A stretch of DNA of 57,268 nt, from the NCBI GenBank assembly GCA_949291575.1, contig CASEWH010000067.1:1-57268 (forward strand), in the 5' to 3' direction. Both the position numbers and the translations under genes were made by a program. This document shows, piece by piece, positions 17,218-26,893 of this stretch; within the stretch, counting starts at the first letter, position 1; the number at the start of each line of letters is the position of its first letter. This stretch comes from an uncultured bacterium. GTDB lineage: Bacteria; Bacillota_I; Bacilli_A; RF39; UBA660. Below the pieces are notes generated by a model. It was not told the origin of the DNA. It was given only the letters and a program-made list of their open reading frames with translations, and made no database searches.

Positions 17218-17365
17218 CTTTAATTCCTCCTCCCAATTTACTAGATAATTTAAAAGCTAATTTATTTAAAGCTTTTTCATCTTTTGAAACTTTTACTTGT
17301 ATAGAAAATGTATTGCCTTGATAAACTTTCTGTGGATTTAACCTTACTTCGTCTATTCTTATCAA
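17189..17365 (-). CDS. Possible 58-aa ORF (TTG start)
   Basis: (M)IRIDEVRLNPQKVYQGNTFSIQVKVSKDEKALNKLAFKLS... RBS GAAGGTGA. TTG overlaps the TGA of the upstream gene. Below the cut-off of the ORF track. Confidence 0.3.
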   Translation of the reverse strand: MIRIDEVRLNPQKVYQGNTFSIQVKVSKDEKALNKLAFKLSSKLGGGIKDGRATKFKN

Positions 17366-18105
17366 CTGTCATCACCTTCTATAATTTCATATTGGTCTTT
17401 AGATATCTTTTCTACACTATTTTCAGTTGCTATATAAATTTCTGCATCTTTAAATGTTGCTCCATTAACAGAAACCATAGCAAAAGTACCAGCTACTGTC
17501 TTAAAAGAAATTGTGTTACTAGAACCCCATATCTGATTACTCGCTTTTTTACCTCTTATTTGATATGTATAATTTGTATCATCAGACAAGTTAGATAAGG
17601 TAATAGGATTATTCATTGATATATTTTGCCAATTTCCACTATTTAATCTTCCTTGTAAACTGTCAAGAGTACTGTTTGTACTGTAATTAAATGTTGCTGT
17701 TTCTTCTGCAATAGATTTAGCAGATAGACTAATTGATGGTGCATTTCTATCAATTTTTGGCAAATATATTGTTCCGCCACAATTACCACTCATTACAAAA
17801 GAAGTATTAATAGAGCCACCAACATATATAGAAGCATCTCCGTTAGAATCATGATATACTGTTATATCTTGACTATTAACAACTGTTTCGCCTCGATAAT
17901 AAGTATTAGCCAGTCCAAAAGAAGTGTTATAAAGGGAAGCAGAACCACTAGACCAACTAATATTATTAGCACCTACATAAATACTGGCTTGAACTCTAAT
18001 CGTTGACCTATTATTTATTTGGTCTTGACTCAATAATTGCCATTTTAAAATATAAGCATAATAAAAAGAGCCATAATTAAATCCAGCTCTTGCAAATTCA
18101 TTCAT
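17362..18105 (-). CDS. Tail fibre / baseplate protein with C-terminal FN3-like domain
   Basis: 247 aa. N-terminal region similar to siphovirus DUF859-type proteins. C-terminal APSISLSAK...TNYTYQIRGK fibronectin-III pattern. Confidence 0.6.
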   Translation of the reverse strand: MNEFARAGFNYGSFYYAYILKWQLLSQDQINNRSTIRVQASIYVGANNISWSSGSASLYNTSFGLANTYYRGETVVNSQDITVYHDSNGDASIYVGGSINTSFVMSGNCGGTIYLPKIDRNAPSISLSAKSIAEETATFNYSTNSTLDSLQGRLNSGNWQNISMNNPITLSNLSDDTNYTYQIRGKKASNQIWGSSNTISFKTVAGTFAMVSVNGATFKDAEIYIATENSVEKISKDQYEIIEGDDS

Positions 18106-18111
18106 ACATCA

Positions 18112-18759
18112 CTACCCCTTTGGTTTAATCCAGACTATTGTCTTGTTTACTATTGGTGAAGGTTGTGTATCAGAAACAACTAATATAGGATTACTATTAA
18201 GTTCTTCTACTGTTTCTTTAACTGGATTAAATTCATTTTTAGTAACATATAGACCATTATCTTCTATCATCTCTATTTGACTTTCTATATACTCAAAAAT
18301 TGAATTATAATCTAAGAAAGTTCTGTTATCTACAAAATCTGATATTCCAGTCGCTAATGCTCTAAATCTAGCAAATTCATACTGATAAATACCAGCATTT
18401 TCAGTTAGTTTCTGTTGTGTTAAAGCTGGATAGGAACTTTGGCCAGTTAAAACTCTAAATTGACCTTGAGTAAAACTTGTGTCAGTATTATCTTTTGACA
18501 TATCTAATTCATATACTAAAATACAATAAGAACCATCTAAAATTACTGATAATGTTTCTGAGTTAACAACTTCAGTAAGTCCTCCTTGTACAATAAAAAA
18601 ACCATTACTAACAGTAACAGTATTATTTGTATAAGATAAAGCACATCCAGCACCCTCATTTTCAAATATTCCATTTGAACCATTTAAAAACGTATTATTA
18701 ATTATTCTATCAGCAGCTGAATAATATATTTGTTTATCGTAAGAATGTCCTTTTAACAT
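18112..18759 (-). CDS. Baseplate/tail structural protein, unknown
   Basis: Start moved to MLKGHSYDK, preceded by AAGAAAGGAGAAA. Position is downstream of the Tal-like gene. Confidence 0.6.
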   Translation of the reverse strand: MLKGHSYDKQIYYSAADRIINNTFLNGSNGIFENEGAGCALSYTNNTVTVSNGFFIVQGGLTEVVNSETLSVILDGSYCILVYELDMSKDNTDTSFTQGQFRVLTGQSSYPALTQQKLTENAGIYQYEFARFRALATGISDFVDNRTFLDYNSIFEYIESQIEMIEDNGLYVTKNEFNPVKETVEELNSNPILVVSDTQPSPIVNKTIVWIKPKG

Positions 18760-18760
18760 C

Positions 18761-20017
18761 TTAATTTCTCCTTTCTTGTAAAACCTTATCAATATAATCA
18801 ATTCTTATATTTCCACAACTTAATGTTAAATAATTGTGATTATTATCCACAATTTTAGAAATATAAGTATCTTGAATAATATTGTTTTGAGTTTTTATTA
18901 AAATTGGTGTTCCTAAATTAATTTTAGAAACATCGTATAGTTTAGATTTCTTTAGAATATCAAATGTTATATTATGTTCATAAGAATTTCCTTTAAATAC
19001 ATCAATAGAAGCTTGTTCTGCATCTTCTTCATTTTCTACAGTTATCTTTTGTGTTTTTCCATTTACTCTATTAGGAGCGTTTTTATTAGTTGTCGTTGTT
19101 CTATCATTTAGAAGATATCTATAATATTTTGTTTTAGTAGTATTAATATAGCATTCTACTTTTGCAGTATAATTTAATGAAAAAACCTCAGTATAATTTG
19201 AAATATCTGAGGTAGTAGCATCAATTAACATTTTATCTTCTGTTTTAGAAGCAATTTGAAGTTTAATTGTATCTTTATTTAAGATAAAGTTAAAATCAAG
19301 ATCATAATTTTTTATAGCATTGTTAATAAAAGTTAATAAATTATACATATTACTCGAAACAGTTACAATACTACTTATACTGATGTTCTTCTTGCTATGT
19401 GTTAAAGCTTCTACTGAAAGAAATTCTCTATTAACAAATGTATCAGTATTATTTATAAATTCACTTTCTATTGTTTGTTTAATAAAGTCTTCTATTCCTG
19501 TAGATGATATTACTTCTTCATTCTCAACAAACATAGAAATATCAAATAACGATAAAATGTCTTTGCAAGTTATTGTATATAAAACACTATCTGAGGATTT
19601 TTCTTGACTTACTACAACACCAAGAAAATTAGTTTTATCATTTTTCTTTAAATATATAAAGTCACCTTCCTCAATATTTAACTTTTTAATGCTTGTGAAT
19701 AAAGAATTACCATTTGTTTCTAAATCCCTATTTATCTCCTCAATACTTAATTGAATAACTTCTAATATTTCAAGAGTCATTTTATCAAGAAAATAAGCAA
19801 TAGTTTCTTCTGAAGGTATTTCTCTCTCTTCTAATTTTAAAACTATCAAGTCAATATCATCTATAGCAGTATCATCACCTGATGTATAAGATACTTCTAT
19901 GTTGTGTACACCAGTTTGAAGTGGAGCTTCTAAAGATAACTCATACAAGTCAGTTTGTTCATTGTAAACTAATTCATACTCTTCATTGTCTAATATTATT
20001 TTTACACTATCTTCCAT
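18761..20017 (-). CDS. Tail-associated (Tal / baseplate hub-like) minor structural protein
   Basis: 418 aa. Synteny: TMP, Dit, then this gene. Confidence 0.6.
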   Translation of the reverse strand: MEDSVKIILDNEEYELVYNEQTDLYELSLEAPLQTGVHNIEVSYTSGDDTAIDDIDLIVLKLEEREIPSEETIAYFLDKMTLEILEVIQLSIEEINRDLETNGNSLFTSIKKLNIEEGDFIYLKKNDKTNFLGVVVSQEKSSDSVLYTITCKDILSLFDISMFVENEEVISSTGIEDFIKQTIESEFINNTDTFVNREFLSVEALTHSKKNISISSIVTVSSNMYNLLTFINNAIKNYDLDFNFILNKDTIKLQIASKTEDKMLIDATTSDISNYTEVFSLNYTAKVECYINTTKTKYYRYLLNDRTTTTNKNAPNRVNGKTQKITVENEEDAEQASIDVFKGNSYEHNITFDILKKSKLYDVSKINLGTPILIKTQNNIIQDTYISKIVDNNHNYLTLSCGNIRIDYIDKVLQERRN

Positions 20018-20026
20018 AAACCACCT

Positions 20027-20893
20027 CTAAATTGATTTATAATATGGATAAATATTTAATTTAGCAGATACTATCTCGTTATCAGCTTGTATTGTAATAT
20101 TAGATGTTCCAAGTGGTAGTTTGAAAATATTATTGTTTTCTATGTCAATATAATCTTGTTTAAATAAATTTTCATAAGTACCATCTACATTTTGTTTAAG
20201 TATCTTTATATCTCCATCTACAGAACTATATATGAATTTTTCATATTGAGCTATAGTAATATTGATTAGTAAATTAAATAATGTTGTCCCGTTGGAATCG
20301 GTAACAATGATTTCAGGATTAGTTACAGCACCATCTATTTCTAGATAAATAGGTGCTAGTGTATGTCCAGTATTATTAAACTCTAGCTTCCTAGAGTTAT
20401 AGTTAGCAAATCTACTACCCCATCTAAAATCCCAACGAACCTCATTATCTTCTGCAGACATATCATAAGTATATTCTTTTTGTTCATACCAAAGAGATGT
20501 CATATCAAAAGAAATAGGACAACTTAATATTCCATTTTCTTCTTTTTCTGTTTTCCCTAAAGATTGTATTTCAATGTTTTTAAAATATTCTATTTGTGAA
20601 CCATCTTTCAAAGGAATTTTATAACTTAATCTAAGACTTTCTGAACTTTCAATAAAATTAACAAGATTAGTATAGTTTTCATAATATAAAAAGTTACATA
20701 TCCCAGTTATTTGTACTTGTTCTTGTTCTTTTATATTATTAATGAAAACTTCTCCTACTTTTGTATAAGATGTTGAATATGAGTATCCTAATCCGTCAGG
20801 CTCAGTTAATAAAGCATAGTCTTTTATATCCATCAATGAATACGTTTGTCCTTTTTCATTTACAAGTTTAAATTCTCTTACCTTATTTGCCAT
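20027..20893 (-). CDS. Distal tail protein (Dit)-like
   Basis: Start at MANKVREFKLVNEKGQTYSL after AGAGGTGG. Lies immediately downstream of the tape measure gene. Confidence 0.7.
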   Translation of the reverse strand: MANKVREFKLVNEKGQTYSLMDIKDYALLTEPDGLGYSYSTSYTKVGEVFINNIKEQEQVQITGICNFLYYENYTNLVNFIESSESLRLSYKIPLKDGSQIEYFKNIEIQSLGKTEKEENGILSCPISFDMTSLWYEQKEYTYDMSAEDNEVRWDFRWGSRFANYNSRKLEFNNTGHTLAPIYLEIDGAVTNPEIIVTDSNGTTLFNLLINITIAQYEKFIYSSVDGDIKILKQNVDGTYENLFKQDYIDIENNNIFKLPLGTSNITIQADNEIVSAKLNIYPYYKSI

Positions 20894-20903
20894 ATAACCA
20901 CCT

Positions 20904-23900
20904 CTAATACTGACTTCCAAATTTCTTGTTAATATAATTGAAAGCTAGATCTAAATTTTCTTTATTTAAAGTCTGAACATTAAATTGAATATTAGGAGTT
21001 GTAAAAATAGTTTTAGTAGCATCTGTTATTTGTTTATTAATATTAGCATCAATAGAACCAGTAGCAAATTTATTTGAATAATCTAACTCATTCAGAACTT
21101 TATTACCCAAATCTTTAGCTGCCTTTATAGCATTTTTTTCTTCGTCTAAAATACCTAGCGTAAATCCTTTAGTATAATTAATACCAGATGCTCTAGCTTT
21201 TTTAGATGGACTATGCTCTCCTAAAGCCTTTCGCATACTTTCTAAAGTTTTGTTAGCCATGTCAACTGCTGCACCTACTGCAGCATTAACTGCTTCTCTA
21301 TCTCCAACTCCTAGTGCAAATCCTTTAGTTAAATTAACACCAGCTACTTCTGCTTCACCTTGCCTATTTAATTCATTAACAACATTATCAGCAAGTGTTT
21401 TAGCTTCATCAGTAACCTCGCCACCATTTTCATTAATGATAGAAACTAAGTTTAAAATTTGTTCCTGCATATCAGGGCTTAACATAGAAATATTATTTTT
21501 AAACTCTTGTTCTGAAGTAATAGCCATATTAGCCCATGCAAGAGCAACTGCTTCTGTTTGATTATAAGCAACACCAGTCATTTTTACTACTGTATTTCTA
21601 ACATCTTCAGGTAATGTTGCTAAAGTTGCTTGATATTGTCCTTTAGATGTTTCTGCTAATGTCTTCCAAGCTTGTACTACAGCAGGAGAATTTTCATTTA
21701 TAGCAGATGTTTGTGAAACTAAAGTTGTAATTGTATCATTTAATACTTGTTGATACATTCTATTATTAGATTCTAGGACTTGTTTTTCATACTCATCTGC
21801 ATCTTTAATCCTTTTCTTATACTCATTCTTTATAGTTTCAGTTTGTCTTAACTGACTTGCTAATTCATTAGAAAAGGCTTTCTTTTTTATTTTGCCATTT
21901 TCATCAACAATTCTAGTATTAGTAGAAATTATTTTGTTAAGTTCATTTATATCATCTGTTTGCATTCTTAATGAATTAGTTTCATATGTGGTTATTGCCC
22001 CCATAGCAGAATCGTAATTAGATTGAGCATCTTTTAAACTTTTATTAGCTTCATCTAACTCCTTGCGTAATCCTTCAACTTGCCCCTCTAACTTAGCATT
22101 ATTAGGAGCTACATTTTCTTGGTATTCTTTAAGTTCTTCGACAGCATTATTATATTTTTTTTGTGCATCTTCTTGTGCTTTTTCAGCTTCTGTTAAACTC
22201 TTAGTATATTCGTCTATGTTTTCTTTAGCATCTTTATAATCTTGTTCTTGTGAACCTAAAATAACTTCTGCTCTTTTTTTTGCAAGGACTAAATCTAAAG
22301 TATCATTTAACTCATCATACTTTTTAATCACACCATCAACTAAAGAATATTCAGTTCCCATCGCAGAATTAAATTCATTTAAAATAAAATTTACTCTTTC
22401 TTCATAACCTTCTTTTACTTTACCATTAGCATCAACTAATAAATTAAGTTCATTCATTAATCCCGCAATACTATCTATTTCTCTTAAAGATGATTCTACC
22501 TCTTTTTGCCTTTCGTTATATAGTTCTTTTCTTGCAGTAGTTTGCTCTTTTATTTTATTATTTAAAGCTTCAATTCTTTTTTCTTCTTCTGTTTGCCTTG
22601 TAGAAAGAACTAAAGTTGTAGCTGCTAAACCTGCCAATGCTATTGTTAATATTCCTACTGGGCTTGCCGCTGCACTTAATACTTTTGCTAATGTTGCAGC
22701 AGAACCTGTAGCAGTCCCTATACCATTTTGCATTAATACTATAGCTTGAGTAAATGTCCCTACTCCTTTAGTTGCAGTTCCTAATACCTTTCCTAAATTA
22801 CCAACTATTTTAATAGCTGGACCTATACCTGCAACTAATGCAGCAGTCTTTAGTACTGCCTGTTGTTCTTCATCAGTCATATCAGCAAAGCTTTCTGCTA
22901 AATCTCCTAAGAAGTCTAATAAATCGTTAATATGAGGTAATAGTTCATCACCCATAGTAATTGCTAAGGCTTTAGCTTTATTTTGAGCCATATTTAATTG
23001 TGATTCTGATGTTTTATATCTTTCGTTTGCTTCCTTAGTTAAAGCCGTATTTTCTTGCCAAGCTTTAGAACCTATTTCTAATGACTGATTAAATAAATCT
23101 GCAGCACCACTAGCACGTAATAATGTATCTCTAACTCTTATTTCACTTAAGCCCATTTCATCAAGTACACCAATTGCAGATTTACCAGTTCCATCTAAAT
23201 TAGACAAGCCATTTATAAATGCTATAATAGCACCTGCAGCATCCTCCTTAAACGCTACTTTAAACTGGTCTGCACTCATTCCTGCAACTTCTGCAAATTG
23301 GCTTAATTGTTCATTGCCCTTTTCTACAGCTAATTGCATTTGAACCATAACTCTAGAAAATGCAGAACCTCCAGCTTCTGCCTCTATTCCAACTGATGAT
23401 AAAGCACCCGCAAAAGATAATATTTGATCTTCTGTCATTCCTACTTGAGCACCAGCACCTGCTAGTCTTAATCCCATTTCTACTATTTCAGATTCAGTAG
23501 ATGCTAATTTATTACCTAAATCAGTAACAACAGCACCTAGATTAGAAAATTCACTTTGGTCCATCTGAGTAATATTTGCAAATCTTGCTAATGCTGTAGC
23601 AGCTTCATCAGAAGTCATGTTTGAAGCTTCTCCTAAATCAACCATAGTACGAGTAAAACTTAATATAGCACTTTTTTGAATGCCTAATTGTCCTGCAGCT
23701 TCTGCAACTGCTGCTATCTCTTCTGCACTTGCAGGAAGCACTTTAGACATTTCAAGAATACCTTCTCTAAATTCGCTATACTCTTCTTCAGTCGCATCAA
23801 CTGTTTTCCTTACACCTGCAAAAGCACTTTCAAAATCCATTGCAGATTTAACTGAATAAGTACCTAAAGCAACTATAGGCAAAGTTAGTCCTGTTGTTAC

Positions 23901-24341
23901 TTTACTTCCAACATTATCAACTGTATTACCTAAATTGTATATTGTAGTACCTACTTTTTCTATCTCTTTACCTGCTTTAGTAAAATTACTTGTTTCATTT
24001 TTTAAATTAGTTAATTTCTGAGTGGTAGATTCTATTTCTCTTTGTAAATCTCTATATTCTGCACTGTGTTTATCAACACCTGCATCATCTAATTTCTGTT
24101 GTGCTTGTTGTAATGCAGTTAATCTGTTTTCAGTTTCCTTTAATGTTTCTGATAAGACCTCTGTCTTCTGATTTAATAATGTTGTATTAGAGGGATCAAA
24201 TTTTAGTAAAGTATTAATACCTCTTAATTCTTTGCTAAGACTATTAGTAGTTTTATCTACATCTTTTAAAGCTGTTTGAAGTTTAGTAGTATCTCCTCCA
24301 ATTTCAACCAATAAACCTCTTACTTTTTTACTGCTTGCCAT
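20904..24341 (-). CDS. Tape measure protein
   Basis: 1145 aa. Long coiled-coil and Gly/Ala-rich hydrophobic segments. Position is after the chaperone pair. Confidence 0.9.
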   Translation of the reverse strand: MASSKKVRGLLVEIGGDTTKLQTALKDVDKTTNSLSKELRGINTLLKFDPSNTTLLNQKTEVLSETLKETENRLTALQQAQQKLDDAGVDKHSAEYRDLQREIESTTQKLTNLKNETSNFTKAGKEIEKVGTTIYNLGNTVDNVGSKVTTGLTLPIVALGTYSVKSAMDFESAFAGVRKTVDATEEEYSEFREGILEMSKVLPASAEEIAAVAEAAGQLGIQKSAILSFTRTMVDLGEASNMTSDEAATALARFANITQMDQSEFSNLGAVVTDLGNKLASTESEIVEMGLRLAGAGAQVGMTEDQILSFAGALSSVGIEAEAGGSAFSRVMVQMQLAVEKGNEQLSQFAEVAGMSADQFKVAFKEDAAGAIIAFINGLSNLDGTGKSAIGVLDEMGLSEIRVRDTLLRASGAADLFNQSLEIGSKAWQENTALTKEANERYKTSESQLNMAQNKAKALAITMGDELLPHINDLLDFLGDLAESFADMTDEEQQAVLKTAALVAGIGPAIKIVGNLGKVLGTATKGVGTFTQAIVLMQNGIGTATGSAATLAKVLSAAASPVGILTIALAGLAATTLVLSTRQTEEEKRIEALNNKIKEQTTARKELYNERQKEVESSLREIDSIAGLMNELNLLVDANGKVKEGYEERVNFILNEFNSAMGTEYSLVDGVIKKYDELNDTLDLVLAKKRAEVILGSQEQDYKDAKENIDEYTKSLTEAEKAQEDAQKKYNNAVEELKEYQENVAPNNAKLEGQVEGLRKELDEANKSLKDAQSNYDSAMGAITTYETNSLRMQTDDINELNKIISTNTRIVDENGKIKKKAFSNELASQLRQTETIKNEYKKRIKDADEYEKQVLESNNRMYQQVLNDTITTLVSQTSAINENSPAVVQAWKTLAETSKGQYQATLATLPEDVRNTVVKMTGVAYNQTEAVALAWANMAITSEQEFKNNISMLSPDMQEQILNLVSIINENGGEVTDEAKTLADNVVNELNRQGEAEVAGVNLTKGFALGVGDREAVNAAVGAAVDMANKTLESMRKALGEHSPSKKARASGINYTKGFTLGILDEEKNAIKAAKDLGNKVLNELDYSNKFATGSIDANINKQITDATKTIFTTPNIQFNVQTLNKENLDLAFNYINKKFGSQY

Positions 24342-24351
24342 TGTAACCCTC

Positions 24352-24606
24352 CTAACTCATAAATTTATCAATATCTTTTTGAGTAGCCATCTTCGTTCCC
24401 TCTTTTTTATTAGATTTTAAAAAAGAGAAGAGAACTTTCATGATTGAAACATAAGTCCTCTTCTCTAAATCACTTAATGATATTCCTGCTCTTAAGCATG
24501 AGGCTTCAAAAGTATGGGCAGGAAAATAAACGGGTTCATTTGAATCATTATTTTCAATAGTTTTTAATGCTTCTATTAATTTCTCGTCAACAAAAGCAAT
24601 TGGCAC
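24352..24606 (-). CDS. Tail assembly chaperone, distal (T-like) ORF
   Basis: 84 aa. Overlaps the 3' end of 24587-24979 in the +1 frame. Sits between the major tail protein and the TMP. Confidence 0.55.
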   Translation of the reverse strand: MPIAFVDEKLIEALKTIENNDSNEPVYFPAHTFEASCLRAGISLSDLEKRTYVSIMKVLFSFLKSNKKEGTKMATQKDIDKFMS

Positions 24607-24979
24607 AAAGTGCCATCACCTCCGTAATCCATTTGTCTGATAAAGATAATCTTTCTAATGAGGCATACCACTCATCATAACAAGTGATATCTTTATTATT
24701 ATCATAAATACATATCCAACACATTTTAGTAATACATTCAATAAAGTCATTTAAATCATCTGCAGTTTCTTCAAAAATCAATTCATGAATTTCTTGCTCT
24801 GAAGCATTTGGCATATCTTCTTTATGCTTTTCTAAAGACTTTATTTGTTTTCTAAAAAAATTTTGTGTAGTATTTAAATCTTTCATGATATTTCTATCAA
24901 AAATATCTGCATAATCTCTATATGTAGATGCATGACAAGAAATCTTAAACTCTTGTGAACCTATTTTAATTGTCTTCAT
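24587..24979 (-). CDS. Tail assembly chaperone (G-like)
   Basis: 130 aa. Canonical position between the major tail protein and the TMP. Confidence 0.65.
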   Translation of the reverse strand: MKTIKIGSQEFKISCHASTYRDYADIFDRNIMKDLNTTQNFFRKQIKSLEKHKEDMPNASEQEIHELIFEETADDLNDFIECITKMCWICIYDNNKDITCYDEWYASLERLSLSDKWITEVMALCANCFC

Positions 24980-24986
24980 TTAAAAC

Positions 24987-25559
24987 CTATACTGATGGAA
25001 TAGTAGATGGCTCATAAACATTTGAAAAGAAACTATTAAATGCTGTTGTATTAGTATCAGATAATGTCATTACTGCTTTACCATTCTTATTGTCTTCTCT
25101 TGGTGTTGCTGTAATACTTAATGTATCAGTTTGTGGTGTTCTTGTATCTTCTGTAGTAGAAGCTTCTGTAGATGGTCTTGTTACCATACAATTGTAAAGT
25201 ACAGACCTTCTAGGTTTCTCATCTCCTGTTACTTCAAACAATAATGCAAATGGTTTAATTGTAGCATCTGCATTTTCAATTAAAGCACCATTATTATCAA
25301 CAATATAACCTAATACATCTTTTTGAAATGATTCAGGAATATCTGCTATTTCTAGATCACCACTATAACCATTATTATTACTTGCAGAATAATAAGTAAT
25401 ATTATCTGCATAAAATGGTGTTATTTCTCCTTCTTGGTCTAATGAAAGATTAACAGCACCTGGAATTCTTACAGGTGTTGCATAAGATACTTCTCCCTCT
25501 GGTGAAGTTGTTTTAACTGCATAATATACATTGCTTAATCCAAATTTTACTTTATTCAT
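24987..25559 (-). CDS. Major tail protein (phi13-like)
   Basis: 190 aa. MNKVKFGLSNVYYAVKT N-terminus typical of this family. Synteny supports the call. Confidence 0.75.
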   Translation of the reverse strand: MNKVKFGLSNVYYAVKTTSPEGEVSYATPVRIPGAVNLSLDQEGEITPFYADNITYYSASNNNGYSGDLEIADIPESFQKDVLGYIVDNNGALIENADATIKPFALLFEVTGDEKPRRSVLYNCMVTRPSTEASTTEDTRTPQTDTLSITATPREDNKNGKAVMTLSDTNTTAFNSFFSNVYEPSTIPSV

Positions 25560-25562
25560 TTT

Positions 25563-25880
25563 TTATTCCTCCTCTATATTAAAAAAATAAGAGATGTTAT
25601 AAACACCCTCATCTGCTATTTGATTTTCTGTTTTATCCCAATAAATGTCTTTAAGTAGTTCATTTTCAACTTTACTTTCAAGACTTAAATCCTTTTTTAT
25701 GGTTGTAAGCTCTAATCTAAAATTACAATTCTTATACCAGACCTTATTATCAGCACCGAAATTATCTGTATCTATAACAGTTCCTATTAGGTGCGGTGGA
25801 CTTATAGGTTCTGTAGACTTTCCATAAGCATAAGGAATATTAATCTCTTTGCATAAATCGTCTAATTCACTTAACTTCAT
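25563..25880 (-). CDS. Tail completion / head-tail joining protein
   Basis: 105 aa. Called on synteny only. Confidence 0.5.
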   Translation of the reverse strand: MKLSELDDLCKEINIPYAYGKSTEPISPPHLIGTVIDTDNFGADNKVWYKNCNFRLELTTIKKDLSLESKVENELLKDIYWDKTENQIADEGVYNISYFFNIEEE

Positions 25881-26278
25881 CTTTTAACTTTCCTTTCAAA
25901 CTCATCAACAAATTTTTCTTTATATTTTTGTTCTGTAGGTCGTATATGAGGTTGAGCAATAGTATGACCACCATTTTTAGTAGCATGACCAAATTCTAGT
26001 AAGTGAGTTAATCTATAATGCTTTTTATTCCATACTGCTTTTGAAAAGAAACTTATACCTTTTTGCTTTACTGTTATAGTCCAGCCATCTCTATACTCTC
26101 CAGTTTCTCCAACTGGACTTATAGTTTTTAATTCATTCTTTGCTTCTTTAGTTACCTCATCAGTTATATCTACAACTAAATCATCAATGTCGTCTTTATA
26201 TTCAGTAAGAATATCAGCTATTTCATTAGCAAGACTATTGACTGTTACTTTCTTTGACGTTGCCAACTCTATGCTCAC
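25877..26278 (-). CDS. HK97 gp10-family tail component
   Basis: 133 aa. ...HLLEFGHATKNGG motif. Synteny supports the call. Confidence 0.6.
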   Translation of the reverse strand: MSIELATSKKVTVNSLANEIADILTEYKDDIDDLVVDITDEVTKEAKNELKTISPVGETGEYRDGWTITVKQKGISFFSKAVWNKKHYRLTHLLEFGHATKNGGHTIAQPHIRPTEQKYKEKFVDEFERKVKR

Positions 26279-26558
26279 AAATTAAAGAAACTTCATCTGG
26301 ATTAGTAGATGTAGTTCTTACAATTTTGTATCTTTCTCCCATATACTCTAATTCTTGCTCTCTATTGTAGTTTAATGATGAAATAACAAACCTAACTTCT
26401 GGTCTAATACCTTGTTCATTAGCTTCATAGAACTCCTCAAACATAATAGAATTTTGCTTTATTATTGGAACATCTTTTCTGATTTCATTTTTTATCTCTT
26501 GTCCTATTTCATCTTTTGAAATAGAAAAAGAAAGAAGAGTTAATTCTACAGCTATCAT
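26235..26558 (-). CDS. Head closure / head-tail adaptor protein
   Basis: 107 aa. Called on synteny. Confidence 0.55.
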   Translation of the reverse strand: MIAVELTLLSFSISKDEIGQEIKNEIRKDVPIIKQNSIMFEEFYEANEQGIRPEVRFVISSLNYNREQELEYMGERYKIVRTTSTNPDEVSLICEHRVGNVKESNSQ

Positions 26559-26872
26559 AGATTATCACTCTTCTTTCTATATCCATCTGATAAAGATAGA
26601 CTTTGCTCTAAAGTGTTAAAAGTTCTTAAGGCATATTCTTTTTCTTTAATATCTACATTACCAAATGTTGATTTAACATAAAACATAATAGCAGTAGTAA
26701 TCAAACTATCAAATTGTTCTGTTTCAATAGAATAATTATATTTAGTATCTATTCCACTTCGTTCAAGCTCTAAAATAGCTGAACGTATTAGAAGTTTTAT
26801 CTCTTCATCTTTTAATGTAGATGTTTCTACTATGCTTAAGAACTGTTTAGCTTGTTTTAACAAATTATTCAT
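26555..26872 (-). CDS. gp6-like head-tail connector protein
   Basis: 105 aa. Lies immediately after the capsid gene. Start and stop overlap the neighbours. Confidence 0.6.
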   Translation of the reverse strand: MNNLLKQAKQFLSIVETSTLKDEEIKLLIRSAILELERSGIDTKYNYSIETEQFDSLITTAIMFYVKSTFGNVDIKEKEYALRTFNTLEQSLSLSDGYRKKSDNL

Positions 26873-26893
26873 AGCCTACCTCCTTCTAACTTA

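Noticed and set aside
21250-21561. 103-aa plus-strand ORF inside the tape measure gene, and similar antisense ORFs at 6319-6534, 6676-6903, 6989-7186, 9787-10056, 15031-15219, 17308-17598, 19320-19607, 25645-25827, 27927-28151, 31893-32105, 33464-33649, 34470-34676, 36937-37128, 39806-40051, 41467-41649, 41681-41926, 42487-42687, 50603-50806 and 56004-56186
   Set aside because: Each lies antisense within a well-supported gene, has a low-complexity translation and lacks an RBS. All are treated as shadow ORFs.
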